DNA of 64,000 bases from the NCBI GenBank assembly GCA_965215195.1, contig CBDCDC010000002.1, positions 992,001-1,056,000 on the forward strand, in the 5' to 3' direction. Positions 9,721-18,796 of the stretch are shown one piece after another. Under the pieces are notes generated by a model, which was given only the letters and a program-made list of their open reading frames with translations, was not told the origin of the DNA and searched no databases. Numbering within the stretch: the first letter of the stretch is position 1; each line of letters starts with the position of its first letter. Both the position numbers and the translations under genes were made by a program. This DNA comes from Candidatus Latescibacterota bacterium (GTDB taxonomy: Bacteria; Latescibacterota; UBA2968; UBA8231).

Positions 9721-11337
9721 CTACTGACCGCCGCGTTGCCGGACGTAATCCCGCGCCTCTTTGAGGGCCGGCAAATCGGCGTCGGCATCGCGCCAGATAG
9801 CGAGGAGTTCGCGATAGAAACGCACGGCTTCTTCCCCGCGGCCCAGCGCCGCTTCGGCCCGCGCCAGCCCCAGCACGTATAGCGGGTCCTGCGGCCGCAT
9901 CTCCAACAGCCGGGCAAACAACGGGCGAGCCTTTTGGGCATGGCCCTGCTCCAAGAGCAGTTCCGCGTACAGCTCGCTGCCCAAAATGTCGGGCGGGGCT
10001 TTTTCTCGCCGCTCCCCTTCCATGGCCCGTCGGGCCGACTCCAGCGCGGCCGCCGCATCGCCGCGCGCCCGGGCGTGGACGGCGTCGAGGTAGTGGGCCA
10101 CGGCCTCGAGATAGTTTTTGAATCTCCCCAAGGCCGGCATGCGCGCGTAGGTCCGCACGCGCTCGACCGCGAGGCGAAACAAGGAGTCCTGCCCGGCCAC
10201 TGCGGCGCGATAGCCGATGAAGCGAGCGCCCGCGCCCGGCCGCATAGAGGCCACATCGACCTTCTCGCGCACCGGAAGCCGCACGTCAATGCGGCCCACG
10301 GCCAGCGCGACCCTTTGGTAGCGGCTTTTGAACATGATCGCGTTGTACGGGATGAGGTCCAGTTCCTCACCCCGCCGCCGCGCTTCGGCCGCAATGGCGT
10401 CGAGTTCGTGGAGCAGGCCCTGTGCATCCTGCAAACGGCCGAGCTTCAAATAGGCGTCCAACAGCCAGTCAAGCGAGTGGAAGTCGCGCTTGTACAAGGG
10501 TCGCCCCGTCCGCTCCTGCCACTGCACGGTTGCCGCGTAGGAGTCCTCGTTTGAAGCGGCCATCTCCGCCCACATGCCGAGCCAGCGAAAAATGTGGCTC
10601 GGCATGTGCAGGGCGTGCGACGAGGCCGGCGCTAGGCGGGCGTAAACCCGGGCCAAGTCCAAGCCCCTGGCGGCGAAGGTGCGCGAGTCGTACACGTGGA
10701 TGAGATAGTGTACCACGCCGGGATGCTGCGGGCGGCGCTGGTACACTTCCTCCAAAATGGCGGCGAGCGGCTCCACAAACGCGGCATCGTCCCAAGTGAA
10801 TCCCCTTTTGACCCGGGCCGCGCTCATGCGGGCCAATGCGGCGAAGACGACCACTTCGTCGTCGTCCGGGTAGCGCGCGGCGAGTTGCTCCATGGCCGCG
10901 GCAAAAGCCCGGCGCCCTTTTGGACTGCCCCGCTCGCGGAAGAGCGGCCGCAGCGCATCGACGAAGCCCTGCTCGCGCGCAGTCCATTGCAGCTTTCCCT
11001 GCGCTTGCAGCGCATCCAAGCGACTGAGAATCGCTTGACCCGCCTCTGAGTCCTGCACCCCCCTCGGACCTTGCAGGGGAGCATCGTGCGTCATGGCCTC
11101 GCCCCAGTAGGCCATGGCGAAATTAGGGTCTAGTTCCCGCGCCTTGCGAAAGTGGTCGCGCGCCTCCTCGTACCAGAAGCTGTGCAGCGCCAGCACCCCC
11201 AGTTCGAACTCCGCGTGAGCCGCCGGCGCAGCAGAAGTGGGAAAGTGGATGCGGCCGAGAAGCGGCGACTCTTGGGTGCGCTCGGCAGTGCCACACGCCC
11301 ACGCTACCGAGAAAACAAGGGTTGCTATTCGCGTCAA
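9721..11337 (-). CDS. TPR-containing lipoprotein
   Basis: Lipobox-like WAC; FELGVLALHSFWYEEA, DPNFAMAYWGEAM, HPGVVHYLIHVYD, HALHMPSHIF; C-terminal TPR. Confidence 0.8.
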   Translation of the reverse strand: MTRIATLVFSVAWACGTAERTQESPLLGRIHFPTSAAPAAHAEFELGVLALHSFWYEEARDHFRKARELDPNFAMAYWGEAMTHDAPLQGPRGVQDSEAGQAILSRLDALQAQGKLQWTAREQGFVDALRPLFRERGSPKGRRAFAAAMEQLAARYPDDDEVVVFAALARMSAARVKRGFTWDDAAFVEPLAAILEEVYQRRPQHPGVVHYLIHVYDSRTFAARGLDLARVYARLAPASSHALHMPSHIFRWLGMWAEMAASNEDSYAATVQWQERTGRPLYKRDFHSLDWLLDAYLKLGRLQDAQGLLHELDAIAAEARRRGEELDLIPYNAIMFKSRYQRVALAVGRIDVRLPVREKVDVASMRPGAGARFIGYRAAVAGQDSLFRLAVERVRTYARMPALGRFKNYLEAVAHYLDAVHARARGDAAAALESARRAMEGERREKAPPDILGSELYAELLLEQGHAQKARPLFARLLEMRPQDPLYVLGLARAEAALGRGEEAVRFYRELLAIWRDADADLPALKEARDYVRQRGGQ

Positions 11338-11625
11338 GATCGGTCCTCCCGATGCTAGGTTGAATTTTTACCGACGGTAAAGATACTAACGAATAGCGGA
11401 AAAATCAGGCGCGTTCTACGGAGTGTCGGCACCCGGCGGCCCTTCGCTCGGTAAATATCCCGAGGCGGCGAGCACCCTACAAAAATCGCTCGGGCAGACC
11501 CCTACCCAAAAATCGTTATTTGAGATTTTGGCGATAATAGCGCATGATAATAGCGAACTCTACGACATGCTCGCCACGGCCCTAGACGAAGTTGGGCTTT
11601 CTGATACGGCGCACGATAGTCTCGG

Positions 11626-11782
11626 TTTTCTGCTGTTTCCGATGGGTGCGGGATCGAGGGCACCAGTTCCCAAGCACGGGCTTGCGCCTGCTCTCAGGTC
11701 CGGGATCGAGGGCGTCCCGCCCTCGCCGAGGGCAAGATGCCCTCGATCCTTGGCAGGCTGAGGGCTGGTGTCGTGTAGTAAG
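11626..11782 (-). mobile_element. Truncated, inverted copy of the MITE at 14157-14308
   Basis: Near-identical to the reverse complement of 14157-14261; ends ggtgtcgtgtagtaag; carries an extra segment with a cgggatcgagggc duplication; second TIR absent. Confidence 0.8.
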
Positions 11783-11854
11783 CGTGTTGGCTAAAGACCG
11801 GCGCCGTTTTGTCGAGATGCTAGAGGCCGCATTCGAACCTTTGAGAAAATACCC

Positions 11855-12092
11855 CCGAGCGAGCAGTTTCGTCTCGCAGCACTCATTTTACAGGAGTTGT
11901 CCGAAGTGGTTGTTGTGGAACGAAGTGATACTTGGAGCGAACAAGCTCAAAGCGACTTAACCGCCGCCGCCTTACAGTATGCGGCGCAACTCTACTCGGA
12001 GGAAGAGGATCCTGTTTACTCCTAGCGACATAGTGGTGCTTGGCTCCCCCGGTGTAACGGGTATCAAACTATTCATCGCGCAAGCATGTTAA
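11855..12092 (+). pseudogene. Degraded antitoxin plus PemK/MazF toxin 5' remnant
   Basis: Manual translation: PSEQFRLAALILQEL...SDTWSEQ...LQYAAQLYSEEE* overlapping FTPSDIVVLGSPGVTGIK (cf. MazF PGDIVVxxFPGxxGxKxRP), then an early stop. Confidence 0.55.
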
Positions 12093-12127
12093 CGACAAGC
12101 GGTCTGATGGATCGGCCCCAAGGAGAA

Positions 12128-13687
12128 ATGGCCATGAACAAACGCTTACTTCCCATCGGCATTCAGACCTTCCGCGAGATTCGCGCGCGCGAGTGCTACT
12201 ACGTTGACAAGACCGCCTACATCCGGCGGCTGCTCAACGAGGGCAAGCACTACTTCCTGTCGCGTCCCCGGCGCTTTGGCAAGAGCCTGTTCTTGGACAC
12301 GCTCAAGGAAGTGTTCGAGGGCAACGAGCCCCTGTTTGCCGGGCTTTATATCCACGACCATTGGGATTGGTCGGTGCGCCATCCGGTCCTGCGGCTCAGC
12401 TTTGGCAGCGGCAACTTCAAGGTGCCCGGCTACGTGGAGACGAACCTGATGGCGCAATTGGACGCGGTCGAACGTCGGACCGGTGTGGCGTCGGACTACG
12501 CCACCGGAGCGGAGCGATTCGCGCACCTGCTGGAAGAACTGCACGACCGAGCCGGGCAGCCAGTGGCGGTGCTGATCGACGAATACGACAAGCCCATTGT
12601 CGATGCGCTGGAGGTGCCGGACATAGCTCGCGCCAACCGCGACTTTTTGCGCGGCCTCTACGCAGTCATCAAGGACAGCGACGCGCACATCCGCTTCACG
12701 TTCATCACCGGGGTGAGCAAGTTTTCCAAGGTCAGCCTGTTTTCTGGCCTCAACAATCTGAAGGACATCACCTTGGACCGGCGCTATTCGGCCATCTGTG
12801 GGTACACCGAGGCCGACTTGGATACCGTGTTCGCGCCGGAACTGCCCGGCTTGGACCGAGAGCAGATTCGCGCCTGGTACAACGGCTATCGTTGGCTCGG
12901 CGACGAGAAGGTGTACAATCCCTTCGATATCTTGCTACTGTTCGACAGCCGCGAGTTCAAAGCTCATTGGTTCGAGACCGGGACGCCGACGTTCTTGGTT
13001 GAAACGCTGTTCAAACGCCGCGTCAGTTCCCTCGAACTCGGCGAGATGGAGAGCAGCGACGAACTGCTATCGGCCTTCGATGTCGATGCCATCGCCACCG
13101 AGGCCCTGCTGTTCCAGACCGGCTACCTGACCATCACCGACGCCGAGGAGCTTGGCGGCGAGATGCTTTATCGCTTGGACTATCCCAACCGGGAGGTACG
13201 GCAGAGTCTGAACCGCAGCTTGCTGCGCTACTTGGTGCAGGACTCAACGCGGCAGATGGCCAACAGCATCCGGCTCTACCGGCTGCTCGAAGCCAACGAT
13301 TTCGCCGGGCTGGAGACGCTCTTTCACGCCTTTTTCGCCAGCATTCCCTACGAATGGTATTCCAACAACGACATCGCCGGGTACGAGGGGTACTACGCCA
13401 GCGTGTTCTACTCCTATTTCGCTGCGCTGGGATTGGACATCAGGGTGGAGGACAGCAGCAGCCACGGCCGCTTGGACATGGCGGTTTTGTTCAACGGCCA
13501 CGTCTATCTGTTCGAGTTCAAGGTGGTCGAGCTGGCGTCAGCGGGTGCGGCGCTGGCGCAGTTGCAGGAGCGGCGGTACGCGGACAAGTATCGCGCCTTG
13601 GGGCAGCCGATTCACCTGATTGGCGTGGAGTTCAGCAAAGATGAGCGCAATGTCGCGGCGTTTGACGTGGAGCGAGGGGGAGCGTGA
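12128..13687 (+). CDS. AAA-ATPase-like protein with C-terminal PD-(D/E)XK nuclease (PDDEXK_9-type)
   Basis: LPIGIQTFREIR, YYVDKT, SRPRRFGKS (Walker A), LIDEYDKP, GRLDM...YLFEFK; RBS aggaga. Confidence 0.92.
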   Translation: MAMNKRLLPIGIQTFREIRARECYYVDKTAYIRRLLNEGKHYFLSRPRRFGKSLFLDTLKEVFEGNEPLFAGLYIHDHWDWSVRHPVLRLSFGSGNFKVPGYVETNLMAQLDAVERRTGVASDYATGAERFAHLLEELHDRAGQPVAVLIDEYDKPIVDALEVPDIARANRDFLRGLYAVIKDSDAHIRFTFITGVSKFSKVSLFSGLNNLKDITLDRRYSAICGYTEADLDTVFAPELPGLDREQIRAWYNGYRWLGDEKVYNPFDILLLFDSREFKAHWFETGTPTFLVETLFKRRVSSLELGEMESSDELLSAFDVDAIATEALLFQTGYLTITDAEELGGEMLYRLDYPNREVRQSLNRSLLRYLVQDSTRQMANSIRLYRLLEANDFAGLETLFHAFFASIPYEWYSNNDIAGYEGYYASVFYSYFAALGLDIRVEDSSSHGRLDMAVLFNGHVYLFEFKVVELASAGAALAQLQERRYADKYRALGQPIHLIGVEFSKDERNVAAFDVERGGA

Positions 13688-13864
13688 CAAACCGCCGTAG
13701 TCGCGTACCTCGCCGCCACCGCACCGGCCTATACGGGCAGCGTCTGGACAGTCCAGTGGTCTGTGATCTGCGACCTAGCCCTACGCTACTAACCTGACCA
13801 CTGTATCTATTTAACTGATGTTACGCGCCATTCAGGCGTTGGTGCTCCTTGCGCGTCTAGCAAA

Positions 13865-13892
13865 GTAGGGCATAACGATCGTTATGCCCTAC
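13865..13892. repeat. Perfect 28-bp GTAG-type REP-like palindrome
   Basis: gtagggcataacgatcgttatgccctac is its own reverse complement. Confidence 0.8.
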
Positions 13893-14135
13893 CGTCCTGC
13901 CTACTTCACGTTTCAGCGGCCCTCAACGTCGAAGCCGGCTTGTCCGGCCAAGCGCGGCAATGACACCCGACCGGCGGCCGCAAGCCGCAGACGCTGTATA
14001 AGAGCCTGCCCCGGCCAAGGCCGGGGATGCGGAACATCCGTTACCGATATGAACCATCCATTTGTGTTCGTCGATCACCCGACGGGCTTCTCAGCCGGAT
14101 CGTCCAAAGACATGAGAATGAGGGTCTTCATTATC

Positions 14136-14480
14136 AGAAGACCGTAACGCCTGCTTCTTACTACACGACACCAGCCCTCAGCCGGCCAAGGATCGAGGGC
14201 ATCTTGCCCTCGCCGAGGGCGGGACGCCCGCGAGCCCGCACCCAGCGGAAACCGCAGAAAAGGCGTACTCAAAGTAAGGGGCACCTACTTTAGGTGGCGT
14301 GTACTAAGCGCCTGCTTCTCTAAGGGCGGGGAGGTGTGTGTTGATTGACGCGGCACTGAGGGGAGTGCCAAGCACCCACCGCGTTTTCAACTTGTCGAGG
14401 CTGAGCAACGGACGCACATCCGTAATGGCCGTGCTACCCAGAGCCAGCCATTTCAGGTTGGTCAGGCGCGCCAACGAAGT
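14136..14480 (-). pseudogene. 3' remnant of an internalin-like leucine-rich repeat gene, interrupted by the MITE
   Basis: SLARLTNLKWLALGSTAITDVRPLLSLDKLKT...PLSAASINTHLPALREAG; removing the MITE and one TSD copy continues VTVF-stop. Confidence 0.7.
14157..14308. mobile_element. 152-bp MITE (IS4-like) with 16-bp TIRs and 9-bp target-site duplication
   Basis: TIRs cttactacacgacacc / ggtggcgtgtactaag (14/16 match); cgcctgctt at 14148-14156 and 14309-14317; internal palindrome gagggcatcttgccctc. Confidence 0.88.
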
Positions 14481-14522
14481 ATGCCATCAAAACAAAACTG
14501 ATGGTACGCACGGTGCGTAACG

Positions 14523-15065
14523 TCAGTATTTAAGACGACCCGCGAACACCTCGGCGAACCGCTCCTCGGCCGTGCCGCCCAAGCGCTGCGCCATGCGCTC
14601 GAAGGCGGCGCGGCGATAGTCCCATTGGCCCCACCGCGCCACCTGCTCCAGCCAGTCGCACAGGTGGATCCGCACTAGATCGTTAAAGTCCCGCTCGGTC
14701 ATCTCAATGGAATCGCCGGTCAGGCGGTCTTGGAGCACGTAGGGCGCATAGTGCTGTTCCACAGCGGCGTCGAACGTGTCGCGCACCATAGCGCAATTGA
14801 CGTACGCCAAGTATTCGGCCCGTTCGCCGATCAGTGCCCGCACGTCAGCGCGGCGCTCGACAGGCAGGGCAAAATCTTGGAAAATCTCAGTGCCGTATAT
14901 GGAGTGAAAGAGCGCGGCGCGGCACATCACATCGTCGCCTCCCCACTTCTTCATGTCGCCGTGTACGCCGATGCAGTGGGCCAAATAGGTCTTGTTGGTA
15001 TGCCCCACGTCGGCAGCACCAATTTCCCTAAAAAATGCAGTCAGTTCCTTAAAGCTAGCAGCCAT
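14523..15065 (-). CDS. DUF6817-like (HD-fold-like) protein
   Basis: GHTNKTYLAHCIGV...ALFHSIYGTE...VRALIGERAE pattern. Confidence 0.7.
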   Translation of the reverse strand: MAASFKELTAFFREIGAADVGHTNKTYLAHCIGVHGDMKKWGGDDVMCRAALFHSIYGTEIFQDFALPVERRADVRALIGERAEYLAYVNCAMVRDTFDAAVEQHYAPYVLQDRLTGDSIEMTERDFNDLVRIHLCDWLEQVARWGQWDYRRAAFERMAQRLGGTAEERFAEVFAGRLKY

Positions 15066-15074
15066 AGCGTCGTC

Positions 15075-16271
15075 CTATGCGTTTGCGGATTGAAGCGGCC
15101 GGTCGGCAATCGGCAGGTGGAGCAGCGCAGCCACCACGCCGAGAGCAATCGCCAACCACCAGACGGGATCGTACGACCCCGTCGCGTCGTAGAGCCAACC
15201 AGCCAGCCAGACCCCCAAGAAACTGCCGGCCTGATGACTAAAAAAGACAATCCCGTACAGGGTCGATAAGTAGCGCGCCCCGAATATCTGCGCCACGGTC
15301 CCACTGGTCAACGGCACAGTGGCCAGCCACAAGAAGCCAATCAGGCCGCCAAAGAGCAAGGCGGAAACGCTGGTCAGGGGGACGAAGAGAAACAAGCCGA
15401 TAACTATGGCGCGGCTGAAGTAGAGGGCACTCAACAGGTATTTCTTGCGGTAGCGGTCGCCGAGCCAGCCAAACAACGACGAGCCGAAGATGTTGCACAG
15501 GCCAATCAGCGACAAGGCCGTGGCCCCAATCATGCGCGATAGGCCATTGTCGGTGAGGAACGAGGGCAGGTGCGTGGCGATAAAGGCGACGTGGAAGCCG
15601 CAGACGAAAAACCCCGCGTTGAGCAGCCAATAGCCCGAATGGCCCCGCGCCCTGACCAGCGCCTGCAGCAGCGTACCCTCACTGTGCGACCGGGCCGCAT
15701 GTGTACTGGGTCGGCGCGGAAAGCCAAAGGCCAACAGCATCACCCAGCCGATTAGGGCCGCGCTGACCACAAAGGACGCCTGCCAACCTGCGTGGACAAT
15801 CACCCACTGCACCCCGGGCACCAAGGCGAAGGTCCCAAACGACCCGGCCGCAGTGACGATGCCAAACGCCGTGCTGCGGTTTGCCGGATGGACGACTCGG
15901 GCGACAGCTCCCAACACGACCACATACGTCGTGCTGCCGAGCCCCAGCCCGATGATGAGGCCCAGCGTCAGATACAAGCCGAGCGGGCCGCTGCTAGCCG
16001 GCACCAACAGACACCCGGCCGCGTAGAGCAGCGCACCCCCCAACACGACCCACCGCACGCCATAGCGGTCGGCGATCATCCCGAACAGGGGCAGGCCGAA
16101 GACAGCGTTTTGCAGCGCTATGGCTAGACTGAACACTTCGCGCCCCAAATCCAAACTGTCGCTAATCGGCTGTAAAAAGAGGCCAAACGACTGGCGGATC
16201 CCCATGCTGGCGAGGACCGTCAACGCACTGAAAAGCACGATGATCGTCGTCTGGCGGTGGGGAGAGGGCAT
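15075..16271 (-). CDS. MFS transporter
   Basis: About 12 TM segments; GMIADRYGVR and GWLGDRYRKK motifs; GFFVCGFHVAFIATHLP. Confidence 0.92.
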   Translation of the reverse strand: MPSPHRQTTIIVLFSALTVLASMGIRQSFGLFLQPISDSLDLGREVFSLAIALQNAVFGLPLFGMIADRYGVRWVVLGGALLYAAGCLLVPASSGPLGLYLTLGLIIGLGLGSTTYVVVLGAVARVVHPANRSTAFGIVTAAGSFGTFALVPGVQWVIVHAGWQASFVVSAALIGWVMLLAFGFPRRPSTHAARSHSEGTLLQALVRARGHSGYWLLNAGFFVCGFHVAFIATHLPSFLTDNGLSRMIGATALSLIGLCNIFGSSLFGWLGDRYRKKYLLSALYFSRAIVIGLFLFVPLTSVSALLFGGLIGFLWLATVPLTSGTVAQIFGARYLSTLYGIVFFSHQAGSFLGVWLAGWLYDATGSYDPVWWLAIALGVVAALLHLPIADRPLQSANA

Positions 16272-16393
16272 GGGGGAATGCGGGCTGGGTGAATTGATGA
16301 GGATTAGGTAGTATATCTACCCACAGAAAGAGGATCTTGTTTAATTAGGACGACATAGCTTATTCGCGCAAAACCTCAAAGGAGCAAACCGCA

Positions 16394-17413
16394 ATGACTG
16401 CACAACGACCCGTCGTCTTGGTCTCGCTCACCGGCGACCAAGCCATCAAATTCTACGACCTCAACCCCCAATCGGGCGCATTGGACCTGCGCGCCACCAG
16501 TCCAGCGCACGGCCCGTCGGGCGCGCTCTTTTTGCATCCGTCGCGCCCGGTGCTCTACGACGCCCACGTTGAGTCCACAACCCTCGCCAGCTTCCGCCTC
16601 AACGCCGCATCGGGCGCGTTGACTCTGATCAACAAAATAGACACCGGCCTCGACACCCCCGCTCACCTCATTACCGACCGCAGTGGCCGCTTTCTCCTCA
16701 CCGCTTATTACACCGGCGGCGGCGTCACCGTACACCGCTTGGACGACGACGGGGCCATCGGCGACCTCGTCCAGCGCCTCGACACCGGCCCCAAGGCCCA
16801 CGCCATCCTGCTGACCGAGGACGAGCGCTTTGTCTTTGTGCCCCACGTCTGTCCCAACAACAAGACCAGCCAGTTCCGCTTCGACGCCAGCACCGGCCAG
16901 CTCTCGCCCAACGACCCGCCCGTGCTGGCCCCGCCCGCGGGCGATCCCGGCCCCCGTCACATCTGCTTCCGTCCGCTCGGCGATGTCGCGTACATCGTCA
17001 ACGAACAGGGCAACACCGTAACTGCCCACCGCTTCGACCCCGAGCGCGGCACCCTCTCCATTTTCCAAGACATTTCGACCCTGCCCGCAGACTACGCCGA
17101 AGGCGGGAACACCGCCCACGTCGAAGTCCATCCCAACGGCCAGTGGTGCTACGCATCCAATCGCGGCCACGACAGCATCGTCGGCTACCACATCAGCGCC
17201 GAGGGCGCACTCCGCCCGTTTGGGCACTACCCAGTGCCGGCCAGCCCGCGCTCGTTCAACATCGACCCGAGCGGCACGTACCTGTACTGCGCCGGGGAAG
17301 CCGCCGACCGCATGACCTGTTATCGGATTGATGCAGCCAGCGGCGCACTACAGGCCATCGCGGAGTACGACGTGGGCAAGCAGCCGTTTTGGGTCATGGT
17401 ACAGACGGTATGA
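16394..17413 (+). CDS. Lactonase family beta-propeller (6-phosphogluconolactonase-like)
   Basis: LLTAYYTGG, AHAI, GPRHICF, YIVNEQ, YASNRGHDSI, PRSFNIDPSG. Confidence 0.9.
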   Translation: MTAQRPVVLVSLTGDQAIKFYDLNPQSGALDLRATSPAHGPSGALFLHPSRPVLYDAHVESTTLASFRLNAASGALTLINKIDTGLDTPAHLITDRSGRFLLTAYYTGGGVTVHRLDDDGAIGDLVQRLDTGPKAHAILLTEDERFVFVPHVCPNNKTSQFRFDASTGQLSPNDPPVLAPPAGDPGPRHICFRPLGDVAYIVNEQGNTVTAHRFDPERGTLSIFQDISTLPADYAEGGNTAHVEVHPNGQWCYASNRGHDSIVGYHISAEGALRPFGHYPVPASPRSFNIDPSGTYLYCAGEAADRMTCYRIDAASGALQAIAEYDVGKQPFWVMVQTV

Positions 17414-17455
17414 CAGGAGGGAGGGGGGAGACGGGGCGCGGTTGCACCCTCGCTC

Positions 17456-18712
17456 CTATCCCAATCCCAACGCCTCGTCAATGTCTTGCTGATAGGCCCG
17501 CACGGCCCCGCTCGTAATCTCTTCCATGGCCAGCGAACGCCCGGCGTGCGCCGACTCATAGGCCCCCACAATCGCCGCCACAGCCTGCATCCCGCCGCAA
17601 CCATCCACTTCGGGTTGGCCGCCGGTGAGAATGGCTTGGGCAAAGTCGTGGTACTCAATGGCCAAGTGCCGGGAATCGATTTCGTAGAAAGATGTTGCGG
17701 AAGGATCGTATTCTACGCCGTCGGCACCAAAGAGGCGCTCGGTGATCTCGTCGAGGTGAAAGTCCGGCAAGAGCGAGAGGATTTCGCGGCCTTTTAGCTC
17801 CTTGCCTTGCAAGCGCAGCACCGCGGGCCGGCCATTGCGGTCGCCTGGGGCATAGAGTGCGCCCCAGCGGCCGTGGACGCTGCGCTCCCATCCCCGCCCA
17901 CCGCGGCCGGCCACCAGCACGAGCTGGGCCAGCGCACCAGACCGCATCCTGTACAGCGCGACCACTGAATCCTCGCCCGTGGCCTCTACGGCATCGGGAT
18001 AGGTCTTGGCCCGCTCGCGGTAGGATTCGAGGGGGTGATCGTCGTAGCCTTCTGGCCTGCGCCGCACCGGCTCAACGATGAAGCCACCGCCGAAGACGTG
18101 CGCGTAGTCCCCCATGTAGTATTGGATGATGTCGCCGTAGTGGACGCCCATGTCCAAGCCAATGGCCCCCTTTTCCTTGAGATGACGCCAAGGCGTAATG
18201 GTTATGCGGTCGCTGCCACCGGCCGATGCCTGTATCATCAAAAAGGGATCCCCGAGCAGGCCGGACTCAACGACGGCCCGCGCCAAGCGGTTGGGCGGGT
18301 CGCGGCGGTAGTTTTCGGCTGTGGCCAACACGGCATTGCCGGTGTGGGCCGCGTCGATCATGGCTTGGCAGGCGCGCATGGTAATGCCGAGGGGCTTTTC
18401 CACTAGCGCGTGCTTGCCGGCCAAGAGGGCCGGCACGGCCACTTGGTGGTGCGTTGAGCCGTCGGTGACCACATCGACGGCGAGGATGTCATCGCGCTTG
18501 AGCATCAAGTCCATGTCCGTAAAGATCAGGGGCTCGCGGCCGAACAGCCGCTGCACTTCGCGGGCGGCAAACTCGGCGTTTTCCCGGCGCACGTCGCAGA
18601 CAGCCATCAATTCGACATTGCCAATGCCGCTCTCTTCCAACACCTTGTAGGCCAAGATGTGGCGATGGCCCATGCCGCCGCAGCCGACGACGCAAAGCGG
18701 TACTTTTTCCAT
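17456..18712 (-). CDS. Gfo/Idh/MocA family oxidoreductase
   Basis: VVGCGGMG, GKHALVEKPL, AENYRRDP, DMGVHYGD. Confidence 0.9.
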   Translation of the reverse strand: MEKVPLCVVGCGGMGHRHILAYKVLEESGIGNVELMAVCDVRRENAEFAAREVQRLFGREPLIFTDMDLMLKRDDILAVDVVTDGSTHHQVAVPALLAGKHALVEKPLGITMRACQAMIDAAHTGNAVLATAENYRRDPPNRLARAVVESGLLGDPFLMIQASAGGSDRITITPWRHLKEKGAIGLDMGVHYGDIIQYYMGDYAHVFGGGFIVEPVRRRPEGYDDHPLESYRERAKTYPDAVEATGEDSVVALYRMRSGALAQLVLVAGRGGRGWERSVHGRWGALYAPGDRNGRPAVLRLQGKELKGREILSLLPDFHLDEITERLFGADGVEYDPSATSFYEIDSRHLAIEYHDFAQAILTGGQPEVDGCGGMQAVAAIVGAYESAHAGRSLAMEEITSGAVRAYQQDIDEALGLG

Positions 18713-18796
18713 AATAGGGTCTCCTGTTGTGTATGCGGAAGGTCGGGCGCGGCTTGGGGCCTTGTCAAGGGAAAGGCAAAACGCGGAAGGAACACT

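Noticed and set aside
11423-11625. Possible TPR-like gene fragment
   Set aside because: Too short and degenerate to assign; it runs into the MITE copy
11626-14261. Composite transposon carrying the AAA-nuclease between inverted repeats
   Set aside because: The right repeat is a self-contained MITE with its own TSD, the left is truncated, and no shared outer TSD was found
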